Assembly: GCA_963775435.1 (NCBI GenBank)
Contig: CAVZIZ010000015.1
Location: 13,065 to 77,064, forward strand
Reading direction: 5' to 3'
DNA length: 64,000 nt
DNA from: an uncultured Chloroflexia bacterium
Lineage (GTDB): Bacteria > Chloroflexota > Anaerolineae > Anaerolineales > Villigracilaceae
Position 1 is the stretch's first letter; the number at the start of each line of letters is the position of its first letter. Below, piece after piece: positions 30,023 to 40,506 of the stretch. The notes beneath the pieces were generated by a model, which made no database searches, was not told where the DNA came from, and saw only the letters and a program-made list of their open reading frames with translations. A program made the position numbers and the translations under genes.

Positions 30023-31319
30023 ATGTACTTGAAGGGTAGCAAATGGAGCATGAATCGCCGGCGCCAGCATTTCAACTGGTTCCGTATCATATTGCTTACT
30101 TTGCTGATCGCGGCGGGCCTCTACCTGGACCGGGTCGTCATCCCTGCGGCGCCGGCTTACTTTTCCGCCACGGCCACGCCCACGCGGCCCTTGGAGGCCT
30201 ACATCACGGAGGCGCAGAACCTTTTCAATGACGGCAAGCTCAGCCAGGCCATCGATGTATACGGGCAGGCGATTACGGTGAATCCTGACGATCCGTCGAT
30301 CTATGTGGCTATGGCCCAGGTGCAGATATTCTCTGGGGACTACAAGGCGCGCCCTTGCGAGCGCCGAAAACGCCCTCTTGCTCAACCCGGACAACTCCAT
30401 GGCGCATGCCGTTCGTGCCTGGGCACTCGACTTTGAGGGCAACCCGCTGGAAGCCGAGGCCTCCATCAAGCGTGCGCTGGAGCTTGATCCCAATAACGCT
30501 GTCGCCCATGCCTACTATGCCGAAATCCTGGTGGACCAGGGCCCGGGCACGGTCCTCAAGGCCGCCGATGAATCCAAGGTGGCGCAAGCTTTGGCGCCGG
30601 ACACGCTGATCACGCACAGGGCCCGCGGATACGTTCTTGAAGCCACTGCCAACTACGAGGACGCGGTTCGCGAGTATCAGGCCGCCATCGCGATCAACGG
30701 AAACATCCCGGATTTGCATCTGCAACTGGGCATCAACTACACGGCTCTGGGTATTTATGATCAGGCCGTGCAGGAATTCAGTAATGCAAATGCCCTCAAT
30801 CCCGCCGACCCCATGCCGGACTACCTTACTTCCCGGACATACGCTACGGTCGGCGAATATGCCAAGGCACGGCAATATGCAGAGACCGCCGTGACGGATG
30901 ACCCCACCAGCGCCAGGTACCATGGAAACCTCGGAGTTATGTACTATCACACGGCGTTGTTCAGTGATGCAGTAAAGGAGTTGAGCCTGGCGGTCAACGG
31001 AGGGGTCACTGACACCGGTCAAAAAGTGGAAGCCATACCGTTGGTGCCGGACGCGCCCCGGGTAGCCGAGATTTACTTCACGTATGCGCTGGCGCTTTCA
31101 AAGGTGGGTCGCTGCGGTGAGACGCTCCAGGTCGCGCAGACGGTCCAGACTCTCATACCTACCGACGATATCTCCGTCGCCAACGTGAACGAAGCCATCA
31201 ATTACTGCCAGTCGACTCTGGGGTCCCCGGTTCCGTCCTTGGCGACGGCAACGGAGGCGCCACAAGCCTTGGAAACGCCTCCAGCAACCGGTGGCGCTGA
31301 AGGCAGCCCGACACCATGA
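30023..31319 (+). CDS. Membrane-anchored TPR-repeat protein, apparent frameshift near 30348
   Basis: An N-terminal helix (FRIILLTLLIAAGLYL) is followed by TPR units. Listed ORFs 29924..30436 and 30303..31319 join at SGDYKA / ALASAENALLLNPDN. Confidence 0.65.
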
Positions 31320-32785
31320 ATCTGTCTCCTCGCCGCCCGATCTTTAATCGGAAGGCCGAGACCAGTGTCTACCGCGTATTCTTCCTGGGCTTGTTGATTC
31401 TGGGCGGTATTTGGCTGGTTACGCAGTTGCAGCAGGGGCGCATCAAGTCGCCGTTCTCGCCGCCGCCGGCTCCGACGCGCACCTCCACGTCCTATTCGCT
31501 CGAAGGCACCGCGCAGTTCACTGCCGGCGACTTGGATAAGGCCATCGTCGCCTACCAGCAAGCAGTCAAGCTTGACCCGAATGATGGGGAGGCTTGGGCG
31601 GCCCTTGCCCGCATCCAGACGTATTCCTCAGCCCTCTTGACCACGGACGCCGACCGGAGCGCCCGCCTTGAAGAGGCCCTCCAGTCAGCCAAGCAGGCGA
31701 TAGCGGTCGCGCCGGATGACAGCACCGCGCACGCCGTCCTTGCCTTCGCGCTGGATTGGAATGCGAACCCTGGCCTCGTAGACGATAACCAGGTCCAGGC
31801 TTATTTGACCCAGGCCGATCTGGAAGCCATCCGTGCTCTCCAACTCGACGCCACCAACACCCTGGCGCTGGCGTTCTACGCCGAAATCTTGGTCGACGAA
31901 CAGAAGTGGACGCAAGCAGAGCAATACATCAAGCAGGCGATCAGCCGGGATCCGTCCCTCATGGACGTACATCGCGTCTATGCTTACGTGCTGGAGTTGC
32001 TGGGACAGTACAACCAGGCCATCCAAGAATACGACAAAGCCATTGCGATCACACCCAAGTTGACATTCCTCTACTTGAGAGCGGGCGCCAACTACAGGCA
32101 GCTTGGTTTTCAAAGCCCCAACGAAGTGAACCAGAAGCAGTTGTTCGACAGCTCGCTCACGTATTTCGCCAAAGCCGCAAGCATCAATGATGAGTTGCGC
32201 ATCCAGGATCCTACGCCCTACCTTTCTATAGCCAGGACGTACTCCCAGGAAGGCGAATACTTCATTGCCGCACGCAACGTCCAGAAAGCTCTGGAGTTCC
32301 AGCCCGACAACGCCGATTTCTACGGCCAACTCGGAGTAATCTACTTCAAGTCCCGGAATTACGAGGGCTCGATCCCTGCCCTGCAATGTGCTGTCTCGGG
32401 CTGCAACGGAGACATCTCCTGCACCGGCCGCGGCCTCGGCGGTTGCGATGATCAGCACCCTGCCGTGCAAGTGGCCGGTCTGCCCCTCTCCTTGGGTTCT
32501 GTCGACTACTATCAAGTGTACTTCTCTGTTCTGGCGGCCCTCGGACCTCGAGACGCGACCTACTGCCCGATCGCACTCGGCATAATCAACCAGGTTCGGG
32601 CCAGCGGGTACGAGGCGCAGCGAACAGATATCACAGCTAACATCACGGCGGCTCAATTGGAGTGCTCTGGCGGGGGCCCCGCCTTCACCCAACCGACCAT
32701 GACGCCGGCACAGGGAGAGCCGACAACGGCTGCCACTTCGACGCCCTATCCGACGGAGGGTCCTCCCGAGACCCCCACCCCCTGA
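31316..32785 (+). CDS. Membrane-anchored TPR-repeat protein
   Basis: ATGA overlap with the upstream gene. One N-terminal helix, multiple TPR units (AWAALARIQ..., ALAFYAEILVD...) and a Pro/Thr-rich C-terminus. Confidence 0.75.
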   Translation: MNLSPRRPIFNRKAETSVYRVFFLGLLILGGIWLVTQLQQGRIKSPFSPPPAPTRTSTSYSLEGTAQFTAGDLDKAIVAYQQAVKLDPNDGEAWAALARIQTYSSALLTTDADRSARLEEALQSAKQAIAVAPDDSTAHAVLAFALDWNANPGLVDDNQVQAYLTQADLEAIRALQLDATNTLALAFYAEILVDEQKWTQAEQYIKQAISRDPSLMDVHRVYAYVLELLGQYNQAIQEYDKAIAITPKLTFLYLRAGANYRQLGFQSPNEVNQKQLFDSSLTYFAKAASINDELRIQDPTPYLSIARTYSQEGEYFIAARNVQKALEFQPDNADFYGQLGVIYFKSRNYEGSIPALQCAVSGCNGDISCTGRGLGGCDDQHPAVQVAGLPLSLGSVDYYQVYFSVLAALGPRDATYCPIALGIINQVRASGYEAQRTDITANITAAQLECSGGGPAFTQPTMTPAQGEPTTAATSTPYPTEGPPETPTP

Positions 32786-32856
32786 CCAATCCTCGCCAAC
32801 CAGGCGACTGACGGCGAAAACACCATCAGAGATTTGTAAGAATTTTCCCGCACCAC

Positions 32857-32885
32857 TTGACGGTGGCTTGTGAATTCGTTATCAT
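32857..32885 (+). promoter_or_regulatory. Sigma-70-type promoter of groES-groEL
   Basis: TTGACG (32857-32862), a 17-nt spacer, then TATCAT (32880-32885), immediately upstream of CIRCE. Confidence 0.6.
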
Positions 32886-32888
32886 GAC

Positions 32889-32915
32889 TTAGCACTCAGG
32901 TGGTAAGAGTGCTAA
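32889..32915 (+). promoter_or_regulatory. CIRCE operator (HrcA binding site)
   Basis: Perfect TTAGCACTC-N9-GAGTGCTAA inverted repeat, 51 nt upstream of the groES ATG. Confidence 0.9.
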
Positions 32916-32965
32916 TTTGGTGTTTATTTCAAAACCGAAGTACGTATTCCAAGGAGGTCGAAAAG

Positions 32966-33268
32966 ATGGCAAGCAAGCTCAAGCTCAAACCTCTGGGCGG
33001 GCGCGTAATCATCGAACCGATTGAACAGGAAGAGATGACCGCTGGAGGCATTATTCTGCCCGAGACCGCGAAAGAGAAGCCTCAGGAGGGCAAGGTGTTG
33101 GCCGTGGGTCCCGGTGACCGCGACGACAAGGGCGCCCGCGTTCCGATGGATGTGAAGCTCGGTGACAAGGTACTGTTCGCCAAGTACTCCGGCACCGAAG
33201 TCAAGCTCGACGCCCGGAAATTGCTCATCATGCGTGAGAGCGACCTCCTGGCTATCGTCGAGAGCTAA
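32966..33268 (+). CDS. groES: Co-chaperonin GroES
   Basis: [55 protein letters not shown] at 32951-32957. Confidence 0.95.
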   Translation: MASKLKLKPLGGRVIIEPIEQEEMTAGGIILPETAKEKPQEGKVLAVGPGDRDDKGARVPMDVKLGDKVLFAKYSGTEVKLDARKLLIMRESDLLAIVES

Positions 33269-33286
33269 GAGCGGAGGATATCAAAC

Positions 33287-34927
33287 ATGGCTGCAAAACA
33301 ACTTGTTTTTTCGGAAGAGGCGCGCCGCAAGCTCAGGAACGGCATGAACGTCGTCGCGAACGCGGTCGGCGCAACACTTGGCCCCAAGGGCCGCAACGTC
33401 GCGATCGATCGCAAGTTTGGCTCACCGACGATCACGCACGATGGTGTCTCCGTCGCCAAGGAAATTGAGCTCGAAGACCCCTTTGAAAACATGGGTGCTC
33501 AGCTTCTCAAGGAAGCGGCCTCCAAGACCAACGACATTGCCGGAGACGGCACAACGACCTCCACTGTACTGGCCCATGCAATTGTCAACGAAGGCCTCAA
33601 AGCCCTGGAAGCCGGCTACAACCCCATGCTGATCAAGAACGGCATTGCCCTGGCCACCGAAACCGTGGTCGAGGAGCTTCGCAAGATGTCGGTCAAGATC
33701 GACACGAAAGAAGAAATTGCCTCCGTCGCCAGCAACTCGGCGGCCGATCCGAAGATCGGCGAGCTGATCGCAGATGTCATGGACAAAGTTGGCAAGGATG
33801 GCGTGGTCACCGTCGAAGAATCCAAGTCCATGAGCGACGAAAAGGACTTCGTCGAGGGCATGCAGTTTGACCGCGGCTATCTGTCGGCATACTTCATCAC
33901 CAACGCCGACAAGATGGAAGCCGTAATTGCGGATCCGTACATCCTGATCAATGAGAAGAAGATCTCTGCGGCGCAGGATATCGTTCCGCTGCTCGAGAAG
34001 CTGGTGCAGGTCGGCAAGCGTGACCTCGTCATTATTGCCGAGGACATCGATGGGGAGGCCTTGGCCACCCTCGTCCTGAACAAGCTGCGCGGCATGCTGA
34101 ACGTCACGGCGGTCAAGGCGCCCGGCTTCGGCGATCGCCGCAAGGCGATGCTGCAGGACATTGCGACGCTGACCGGCGGTACCGTCATTGCCGAGGAGAC
34201 CGGTCGCAAGCTTGAGACCGCCACAGTTCAGGATCTGGGTCGTGCCGAGAAGGTCGTCTCCGACAAGGAGAACACCACGATTGTCGGCGGCAAAGGCACC
34301 AAGTCCGCGATCGAAGGGCGCATCAAGGAAATCCGCGCCGAGATCGAGAAGAGCACCAGCGACTACGATAAGGAAAAGCTCAACGAGCGCCTGGCCAAAC
34401 TCAGTGGTGGCGTTGCCATCATCCGGGTGGGCGCGCCGACTGAGACCGAGCTGAAGGAAAAGAAGCATCGCGTGGAAGACGCGCTTTCCGCGGCTCGCGC
34501 GGCCCAGGAAGAGGGCATCGTGGCTGGTGGTGAGATTTCCCTGCTGCTGGCGATGCCGAAGCTTGACCGTATGCTGAAGGGCAGCGACCTCGATGAGGAG
34601 ACTCGTGTGGGCATCAACATTGTCCGAAAAGCCCTCGAAGCCCCCATCCGCAAACTGGCGTCCAACGCCGGGCAGGACGGCTCCGTGATCATTGACACGG
34701 TGCGCCGCAACGCCGCCGATCAGAAGAACAAGAACATTGGCTACAATGTCTTGACCGGCAAGTACTCCGACCTGATCGACGACGGCGTCATTGATCCTGT
34801 CAAGGTCGTCCGCGGTGCGCTTGAGAATGCCTCATCCATCGCGGCCATGATGTTGACAACGGACGTGCTCGTCACGGATATCCCCGAGAAGGAGAAGCCG
34901 GCGCCTCCGCCGATGCCTGAGTACTAA
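33287..34927 (+). CDS. groEL: Chaperonin GroEL
   Basis: [15 protein letters not shown]...[10 protein letters not shown]...[13 protein letters not shown], 546 aa. Confidence 0.97.
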   Translation: MAAKQLVFSEEARRKLRNGMNVVANAVGATLGPKGRNVAIDRKFGSPTITHDGVSVAKEIELEDPFENMGAQLLKEAASKTNDIAGDGTTTSTVLAHAIVNEGLKALEAGYNPMLIKNGIALATETVVEELRKMSVKIDTKEEIASVASNSAADPKIGELIADVMDKVGKDGVVTVEESKSMSDEKDFVEGMQFDRGYLSAYFITNADKMEAVIADPYILINEKKISAAQDIVPLLEKLVQVGKRDLVIIAEDIDGEALATLVLNKLRGMLNVTAVKAPGFGDRRKAMLQDIATLTGGTVIAEETGRKLETATVQDLGRAEKVVSDKENTTIVGGKGTKSAIEGRIKEIRAEIEKSTSDYDKEKLNERLAKLSGGVAIIRVGAPTETELKEKKHRVEDALSAARAAQEEGIVAGGEISLLLAMPKLDRMLKGSDLDEETRVGINIVRKALEAPIRKLASNAGQDGSVIIDTVRRNAADQKNKNIGYNVLTGKYSDLIDDGVIDPVKVVRGALENASSIAAMMLTTDVLVTDIPEKEKPAPPPMPEY

Positions 34928-35003
34928 ACCACCGATTTCGATAGGCGCGATGCCCCGGGTGACCTAATTGGCCTGAGGCACGCCCTCATCCATCGGGACT
35001 AAC

Positions 35004-35065
35004 GAGAGCCTTCTGCGTACGGCTTGATCCTCAGGGTCAAGCAGCGCAGGAGGCTCTCTTGTTTG
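35004..35065 (+). terminator. Compound hairpin terminator after groEL
   Basis: GAGAGCCTTCTGCG pairs with CGCAGGAGGCTCTC (14 bp including one G-U). It encloses an inner hairpin and is followed by TTGTTTG. Confidence 0.55.
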
Positions 35066-35284
35066 CAGTGAGCCGGCGAATCAACCGTGCATTCCCGTAC
35101 CACTTGTTGATTCGCTTCTGTGCGGCTCCTTTGTTCTTTGGCCGCGTTGACTATGATAAACTTCCATGCGTTAAGACTTGGATTCGGGCATCCTCCTTCG
35201 AGTCGGGAGAATAACCCTTGGCCACACGACATTCGAGGGCCTGACTTCGATCCGGGCACGACCCTCTCAATCAGTAGCTGTGCC

Positions 35285-36124
35285 ATGCAAGCCGAGACCC
35301 TCAACGAAAATACCCAGGTCTACGACAGCCTGAAACGCGGCCCGGTCGCGCTGGAGGAACTGCGCGGTATCCTGCAGTATCGGGATCTGATCTACCAGCT
35401 GGTGCGGCGTGACATCGTCTCGCGCTACAAGCGTTCCGCCTTGGGCATTGCCTGGACCATGCTCAATCCATTGGGCATGATGATCATCCTGACGATCGTC
35501 TTCGGTCAACTGTTCAAGTCTGTGCAGGGTTACCCCGCCTACATTCTTTGTGGTTTGGTGGCGTGGACCTTCTTCTCCCAAACGACCTCTGCCGCGATGA
35601 CCCAGATGGTATGGGGCAGTTCGCTCCTGCAGCGCATCTATATGCCCCGGACGGCTTTCGTGGTCTCGGCGGTCGGCACGGGATTGGTGAACCTCGTGCT
35701 TTCTCTCATTCCATTGTTGTTGATTGTCCTGGCAGTCGGCCTTCCGCTTGGCTGGCCGCTCCTCTTCTTGCCTGTATCGATCGCGCTTCTCGTGGCCTTT
35801 TCGCTCGGAGTTGGACTTCTGTTTTCCGCCTGGGCCATCTACTTCCCGGATGTGGCGGAAATGTACCAGGTTGCCCTGATTGGGTGGCTGTACCTGACGC
35901 CCGTCATCTATCCGGTGGAAATCATTCCGGAAGCTTACCGCTTCTGGTTCTTTCATCTTAATCCCATGTACTACATGGTTCGCTTATTCCAGGCGCCAGT
36001 CTACGAAGGAGCATGGCCGGCTGGCTCCTTGTTGGCCGCCGCCACCGCCATCGCGGTGTCGACGCTGCTTTTGGGCTGGTTCGTTTTCACTTCGCGTGCC
36101 GATGAATTCACTTACCGCCTCTGA
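35285..36124 (+). CDS. ABC-2-type polysaccharide/teichoic-acid exporter permease (Wzm/TagG-like)
   Basis: YRDLIYQLVRRDIVSRYKRSALGIAWTMLNPL N-terminal signature and six hydrophobic segments. ATG at 35285 lies within listed ORF 35120..36124. Confidence 0.8.
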   Translation: MQAETLNENTQVYDSLKRGPVALEELRGILQYRDLIYQLVRRDIVSRYKRSALGIAWTMLNPLGMMIILTIVFGQLFKSVQGYPAYILCGLVAWTFFSQTTSAAMTQMVWGSSLLQRIYMPRTAFVVSAVGTGLVNLVLSLIPLLLIVLAVGLPLGWPLLFLPVSIALLVAFSLGVGLLFSAWAIYFPDVAEMYQVALIGWLYLTPVIYPVEIIPEAYRFWFFHLNPMYYMVRLFQAPVYEGAWPAGSLLAAATAIAVSTLLLGWFVFTSRADEFTYRL

Positions 36125-36884
36125 GGCCCGGCGCGGGCCGGCGCAGGGACTCGCACCGCTGGCCACGGTCTTGCTCCAGGGTGTCACCGTCGTGTATCAG
36201 GCGCCACGCGAACGCCTCAATACTCTCAAGGAGTATGCCATTCGTCGTCTGCAGCGACGTGTGGTTTACATCGATTTTCAGGCCCTGGCCGGCGTTGACC
36301 TTGAAATCCAACGGGGGGAGATCTTTGGCATCATCGGTCGCAACGGCGCCGGTAAGAGCACCTTGCTCAAAGTCGTGTCGCGCGTCCTCGTTCCGACCAC
36401 CGGACGGGTGTACATACGCGGCCGTGTCTCACCGCTGCTCGAACTGGGCGCCGGTTTTCACCCCGAGCTGACGGGTCGCGAAAACGTCTTGCTCAATGGC
36501 ACCCTTCTTGGCCGTTCCAGCCGCGAGCTCGAAGCTCGCATGGATGAGATCATCGAATTCGCCGAACTCGGAAGTTTCATCGAAGCACCTCTGCGCACCT
36601 ACTCCAGCGGGATGGTGGCCCGCCTCGGCTTCGCCGTCGCGACCGCCTGGCAGCCTGAAATTCTGTTGGTGGATGAGGTGCTGGCGGTCGGGGACGAGGC
36701 CTTCAAACGCAAGTGCCAGACTCGCATGCAATCGTTTCGGGATGGCGGAACCACCACGCTCATGGTCACGCACGATATGACGAGCATCCAGGCATTGTGC
36801 AGCCGCGTGGCGTGGCTTGAACATGGCAGGATTGCCGCCATGGGGACTGCTGCCCAGGTCATAGAGGAGTACCGGGCGGCCTAG
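36096..36884 (+). CDS. Polysaccharide/teichoic-acid exporter ATP-binding protein (Wzt/TagH-like)
   Basis: Walker A GRNGAGKSTLLK, signature YSSGMVARLGFA and Walker B ILLVDEVLAVGD. It overlaps the permease gene end. Confidence 0.85.
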   Translation: MPMNSLTASEARRGPAQGLAPLATVLLQGVTVVYQAPRERLNTLKEYAIRRLQRRVVYIDFQALAGVDLEIQRGEIFGIIGRNGAGKSTLLKVVSRVLVPTTGRVYIRGRVSPLLELGAGFHPELTGRENVLLNGTLLGRSSRELEARMDEIIEFAELGSFIEAPLRTYSSGMVARLGFAVATAWQPEILLVDEVLAVGDEAFKRKCQTRMQSFRDGGTTTLMVTHDMTSIQALCSRVAWLEHGRIAAMGTAAQVIEEYRAA

Positions 36885-36907
36885 CCCGCCCGCTGCACCG
36901 GACCCCC

Positions 36908-37456
36908 ATGCACTTCATACCTCTGGAAATCGCCGATGTCGTCCTTATCCAGCCACGCGTATTGAGCGACGCGCGCGGCTTCTTCCTGGAGAGCTATCAC
37001 AAGGATCAATTCTTGAAAGCCGGTATCACGGCGGCTTTCGTTCAAGACAATCACTCCGGTTCGCGGCAGAACTCTCTCCGGGGGCTGCACTACCAGGTTC
37101 AACAACCGCAAGGCAAGTTGGTGCGCCTGGTGGTCGGCGAGGCTTACGACGTCGCCGTGGATCTGCGCCGGACCTCGCCCACATTTGGTCGCTGGGTCGG
37201 CGTCCATTTGTCCGCCGAAAAAAAGGACCAGCTCTGGATTCCGCCCGGATTCGCTCATGGGTTCTACGTGGTTAGCGACTGGGCCGAGGTGCTGTACAAG
37301 ACCACCGAGTACTATGCTCCGGAGTGGGAGCGATCCCTTCTATGGAGCGACCCGGCGATCGGCATAAAGTGGCCTGTGCCGAGCGGCCGGGAGCCTCTGC
37401 TCTCCGACAAGGATCGGACAGCCACACCCCTGGCTCAGGCCGAGACCTACGACTGA
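36908..37456 (+). CDS. rfbC: dTDP-4-dehydrorhamnose 3,5-epimerase
   Basis: DARGFFLESY...SLRGLHYQ...GKLVRLVVGEAYDVAVDLR...PPGFAHGF. Confidence 0.9.
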   Translation: MHFIPLEIADVVLIQPRVLSDARGFFLESYHKDQFLKAGITAAFVQDNHSGSRQNSLRGLHYQVQQPQGKLVRLVVGEAYDVAVDLRRTSPTFGRWVGVHLSAEKKDQLWIPPGFAHGFYVVSDWAEVLYKTTEYYAPEWERSLLWSDPAIGIKWPVPSGREPLLSDKDRTATPLAQAETYD

Positions 37457-37497
37457 CTGCCGCCGTTCGCGAAGCAAGGCGGCACCTTGAGGCATCT

Positions 37498-38577
37498 ATG
37501 CAGAATATTCTGGTGACTGGCGGCGCTGGCTTCATCGGCTCAAATTTTGTGCGCTATTTGCTTGGCCACGCGGCAGACTGCAGCGTCATCAACCTGGACG
37601 CCCTGACCTACGCGGGCAGCCGTGAGAATCTCCGTGGATTGCCCGCGGAGGGACGGCACACCTTTGTTGAGGGCAACATCTGTGACCGCCCCCTGGTGGA
37701 CGAGTTATTGCGGCGTTACCGCATCGACACGGTCGTGCATTTCGCCGCCGAGTCACACGTGGATCGGTCCATCCTCGGGCCGGACCCTTTCATCCAGACC
37801 AACGTGATGGGCACGTTCACGCTGCTGGAAGCGGCCCGGCAGTACTGGCTGGTCGAACAAGAGGCTCTCAAGATCGCTCATCGATTCCATCATGTCTCCA
37901 CAGATGAGGTATATGGATCGCTGGTGCCGGATGCGCCGCCGTTTACGGAGACGACGGCCTATGCCCCCAATTCCCCGTACGCGGCCACGAAGGCGGCCAG
38001 CGATCATCTGGTCCGCGCCTACGGACACACCTACGGATTGCAGGTGTCTATTTCCAACTGCTCCAACAACTACGGCCCCTATCAATTCCCGGAAAAGCTC
38101 GTCCCGTTGATCATACTCAATGCCTTGGCGGGTAAGGTCCTGCCCCTCTACGGCGATGGGCAGCAGGTCCGCGACTGGCTTTTCGTGGAAGATCACTGTG
38201 AGGCCATCGAAATGATCCTGGACCGGGGCAAGGCCGGCGAAACCTACAATATCGGCGGCGGAAACCAGCCGACCAATGCCGCCATCGTGGAGAGTCTGTG
38301 CGGCGTCCTGGACGAGCTGCAACCCGCCGCTAAGTCGTATCGCAATTTGATCCAATCGGTGGCAGACCGGCCGGGGCATGATCGCCGCTACGCCATGGAC
38401 ACCACGAAGATTGGCCGCCAACTTGGCTGGAAACCTCGGCATTCGCTCGAACAGGGATTGCGATCAACCGTGGAGTGGTTCCTTGCGCACGCCGAATGGA
38501 GCTCGGCCATTCAGAAGCAGATCGAGTATCGCAATTGGATGGATCGCAACTACGATAAGAGGGAGAGGCCTGCATGA
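37498..38577 (+). CDS. rfbB: dTDP-glucose 4,6-dehydratase
   Basis: [17 protein letters not shown]...[11 protein letters not shown]...[11 protein letters not shown]. The ATG at 37498 is in frame within listed ORF 37324..38577. Confidence 0.9.
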   Translation: MQNILVTGGAGFIGSNFVRYLLGHAADCSVINLDALTYAGSRENLRGLPAEGRHTFVEGNICDRPLVDELLRRYRIDTVVHFAAESHVDRSILGPDPFIQTNVMGTFTLLEAARQYWLVEQEALKIAHRFHHVSTDEVYGSLVPDAPPFTETTAYAPNSPYAATKAASDHLVRAYGHTYGLQVSISNCSNNYGPYQFPEKLVPLIILNALAGKVLPLYGDGQQVRDWLFVEDHCEAIEMILDRGKAGETYNIGGGNQPTNAAIVESLCGVLDELQPAAKSYRNLIQSVADRPGHDRRYAMDTTKIGRQLGWKPRHSLEQGLRSTVEWFLAHAEWSSAIQKQIEYRNWMDRNYDKRERPA

Positions 38578-39446
38578 GAGGGATCATCCTGGCGGGGGGT
38601 CGCGGCACGCGGCTTCATCCGCTTACCGTGCCGATCAGCAAGCAGTTGCTGCCGGTCTACGACAAGCCCATGATCTACTATCCGTTGTCCATGCTGATGC
38701 TTGCCGGCATCCGCGAGATCCTGGTGGTTAGCACGCCTGAGGACTTGCCCCTCTTTCGGAGGTTGCTGGGCGACGGCCTCAACTGGGGCCTGCGCTTCAC
38801 ATACGCGGAACAACTCCAGCCGCGCGGCCTGGCGGACGCATTCCGCATCGGTGCGGAGTTTGTCGGCGGACAGCCCGCCTGCCTGATCCTGGGCGACAAC
38901 GTATTCTTTGGCACCGGCTTGCCCGAGACATTGACCCGCGCCGCCGCCCTCACCGAGGGGGCTCTGGTCTTTGCCTACCCGGTGCGCGACCCTGAGCGCT
39001 ACGGTGTCATCGAATTCGACGACCGTGGGAAGGTGCTGAGCCTTGAGGAAAAGCCTCCGCACCCGAAATCGCAATTCGCCATGCCCGGCATGTATTTCTA
39101 CGATGCGCGGGTGGTGGAGTTCGCCGCGCGTCTGCAGCCCTCTGCCCGCGGCGAGTTGGAAATTACCGACCTGAATCGCATGTATCTGGAGCGGGACGCC
39201 CTCCGTGTCGAGGTCCTGGGGCGCGGGGTCGCCTGGCTCGATGCCGGAACCCACGAATCCTTGCTGCAGTCGGCGAGTTTTGTGCAGGCGGTGCAAGAAC
39301 GCCAGGGATTGATGATCTCATGCCCCGAAGAGATCGCCTATCGCATGGGCTACATCAGCGCGAAGCAGTTGGCCGCCCTGGCGGCTGCCATGGCGGGCAA
39401 CAGCTATTCCTACTATCTGCAGCGCCTCGCACATGAGGAGTCATGA
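38574..39446 (+). CDS. rfbA: Glucose-1-phosphate thymidylyltransferase
   Basis: [17 protein letters not shown]...LGDNVFFG...EKP. ATGA overlap with rfbB. Confidence 0.92.
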   Translation: MRGIILAGGRGTRLHPLTVPISKQLLPVYDKPMIYYPLSMLMLAGIREILVVSTPEDLPLFRRLLGDGLNWGLRFTYAEQLQPRGLADAFRIGAEFVGGQPACLILGDNVFFGTGLPETLTRAAALTEGALVFAYPVRDPERYGVIEFDDRGKVLSLEEKPPHPKSQFAMPGMYFYDARVVEFAARLQPSARGELEITDLNRMYLERDALRVEVLGRGVAWLDAGTHESLLQSASFVQAVQERQGLMISCPEEIAYRMGYISAKQLAALAAAMAGNSYSYYLQRLAHEES

Positions 39447-40318
39447 GGATAGTTCTGTTCGGGAAGAATGGCCAACTCGGTTGGGAACTGCAGCGCACCC
39501 TGGCTCCATTGGGTGATATCACCGCCCTCGATTTCGAGGACGTTGATTTGGGCAATGCCGATGTCCTGCGCCAGCGGCTGCGGGAGCTGCGACCCCAACT
39601 CGTGGTCAACTCCGCGGCCTATACCGACGTGGACGGAGCCGAGCATAACCGCGAGAAGGCCTTTGCTATCAATGCCACCGCTCCCGGGATCATGGCGGAA
39701 GAAGCCGCATCCATGGATGCGCCCCTGGTTCACTATTCGACCGATTATGTTTTCGACGGCACGAAAAGCGCGCCTTACGTCGAGACGGATATCCCCAATC
39801 CCGTGAATGCTTACGGCGCCTCCAAATTGGCGGGTGAGCGGGCGGTGCAAGACGTCGGCGGAGCCTATCTGATTCTCCGCACCGCCTGGCTCTACAGTAT
39901 GCGCGGCAACAATTTCGTGACCAAGGTCCTGTCGTGGGCGCGTAAGCACGAAGTACTTCACATCGTGGATGATCAGATCGCCAACCCGACCTGGGCGCGC
40001 ACCTTGGCGCAGTTGACTGCCCACGTTCTGACTCATGGCAAGGATTATGTCGCCGAGCGCCGCGGGCTTTATCACCTGACTGGTGACGGATATGCGAGCA
40101 GGTACGATTGGGCGCGGGAGATCCTTCGGCTTGATCCGAAACCTGAGGAACAAACGGCGAAAGAGGTACGGCGGGCCGCGACGTCCGATATTCCCACACC
40201 TGCCCGGCGGCCCATGTTCTCCGCTCTCAATTGCGGCCGCTGTACCGAGGTCTTCGGGCTGACCGCACCGGCCTGGCAGCACGAGCTGAAGCTGGCGTTG
40301 ATGGACTCCGCACGCTGA
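39443..40318 (+). CDS. rfbD: dTDP-4-dehydrorhamnose reductase
   Basis: [13 protein letters not shown]...[12 protein letters not shown]...[13 protein letters not shown] overlap with rfbA. Confidence 0.9.
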   Translation: MRIVLFGKNGQLGWELQRTLAPLGDITALDFEDVDLGNADVLRQRLRELRPQLVVNSAAYTDVDGAEHNREKAFAINATAPGIMAEEAASMDAPLVHYSTDYVFDGTKSAPYVETDIPNPVNAYGASKLAGERAVQDVGGAYLILRTAWLYSMRGNNFVTKVLSWARKHEVLHIVDDQIANPTWARTLAQLTAHVLTHGKDYVAERRGLYHLTGDGYASRYDWAREILRLDPKPEEQTAKEVRRAATSDIPTPARRPMFSALNCGRCTEVFGLTAPAWQHELKLALMDSAR

Positions 40319-40458
40319 GGCTCCCGCCTGCCACACTCGCGAGGGACCCGCCCGGGGTCCGCGCCGCCAAACCCTGCATTGGATTAGGGTCGGGTCATCT
40401 ACCTTACAGGCCCCTTGCAAAAGGAAGCAACCTCAGAGCCTCTCGTTGAGGGCAGGTC

Positions 40459-40464
40459 TATAAT
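40459..40464 (+). promoter_or_regulatory. Candidate -10 box upstream of tail-protein gene A
   Basis: Perfect TATAAT in GC-rich sequence, 43 nt before the TTG start. No convincing -35. Confidence 0.3.
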
Positions 40465-40506
40465 GAATACACTACATCGCGGGAAGGACGCACCACGGAG
40501 GTCTGA

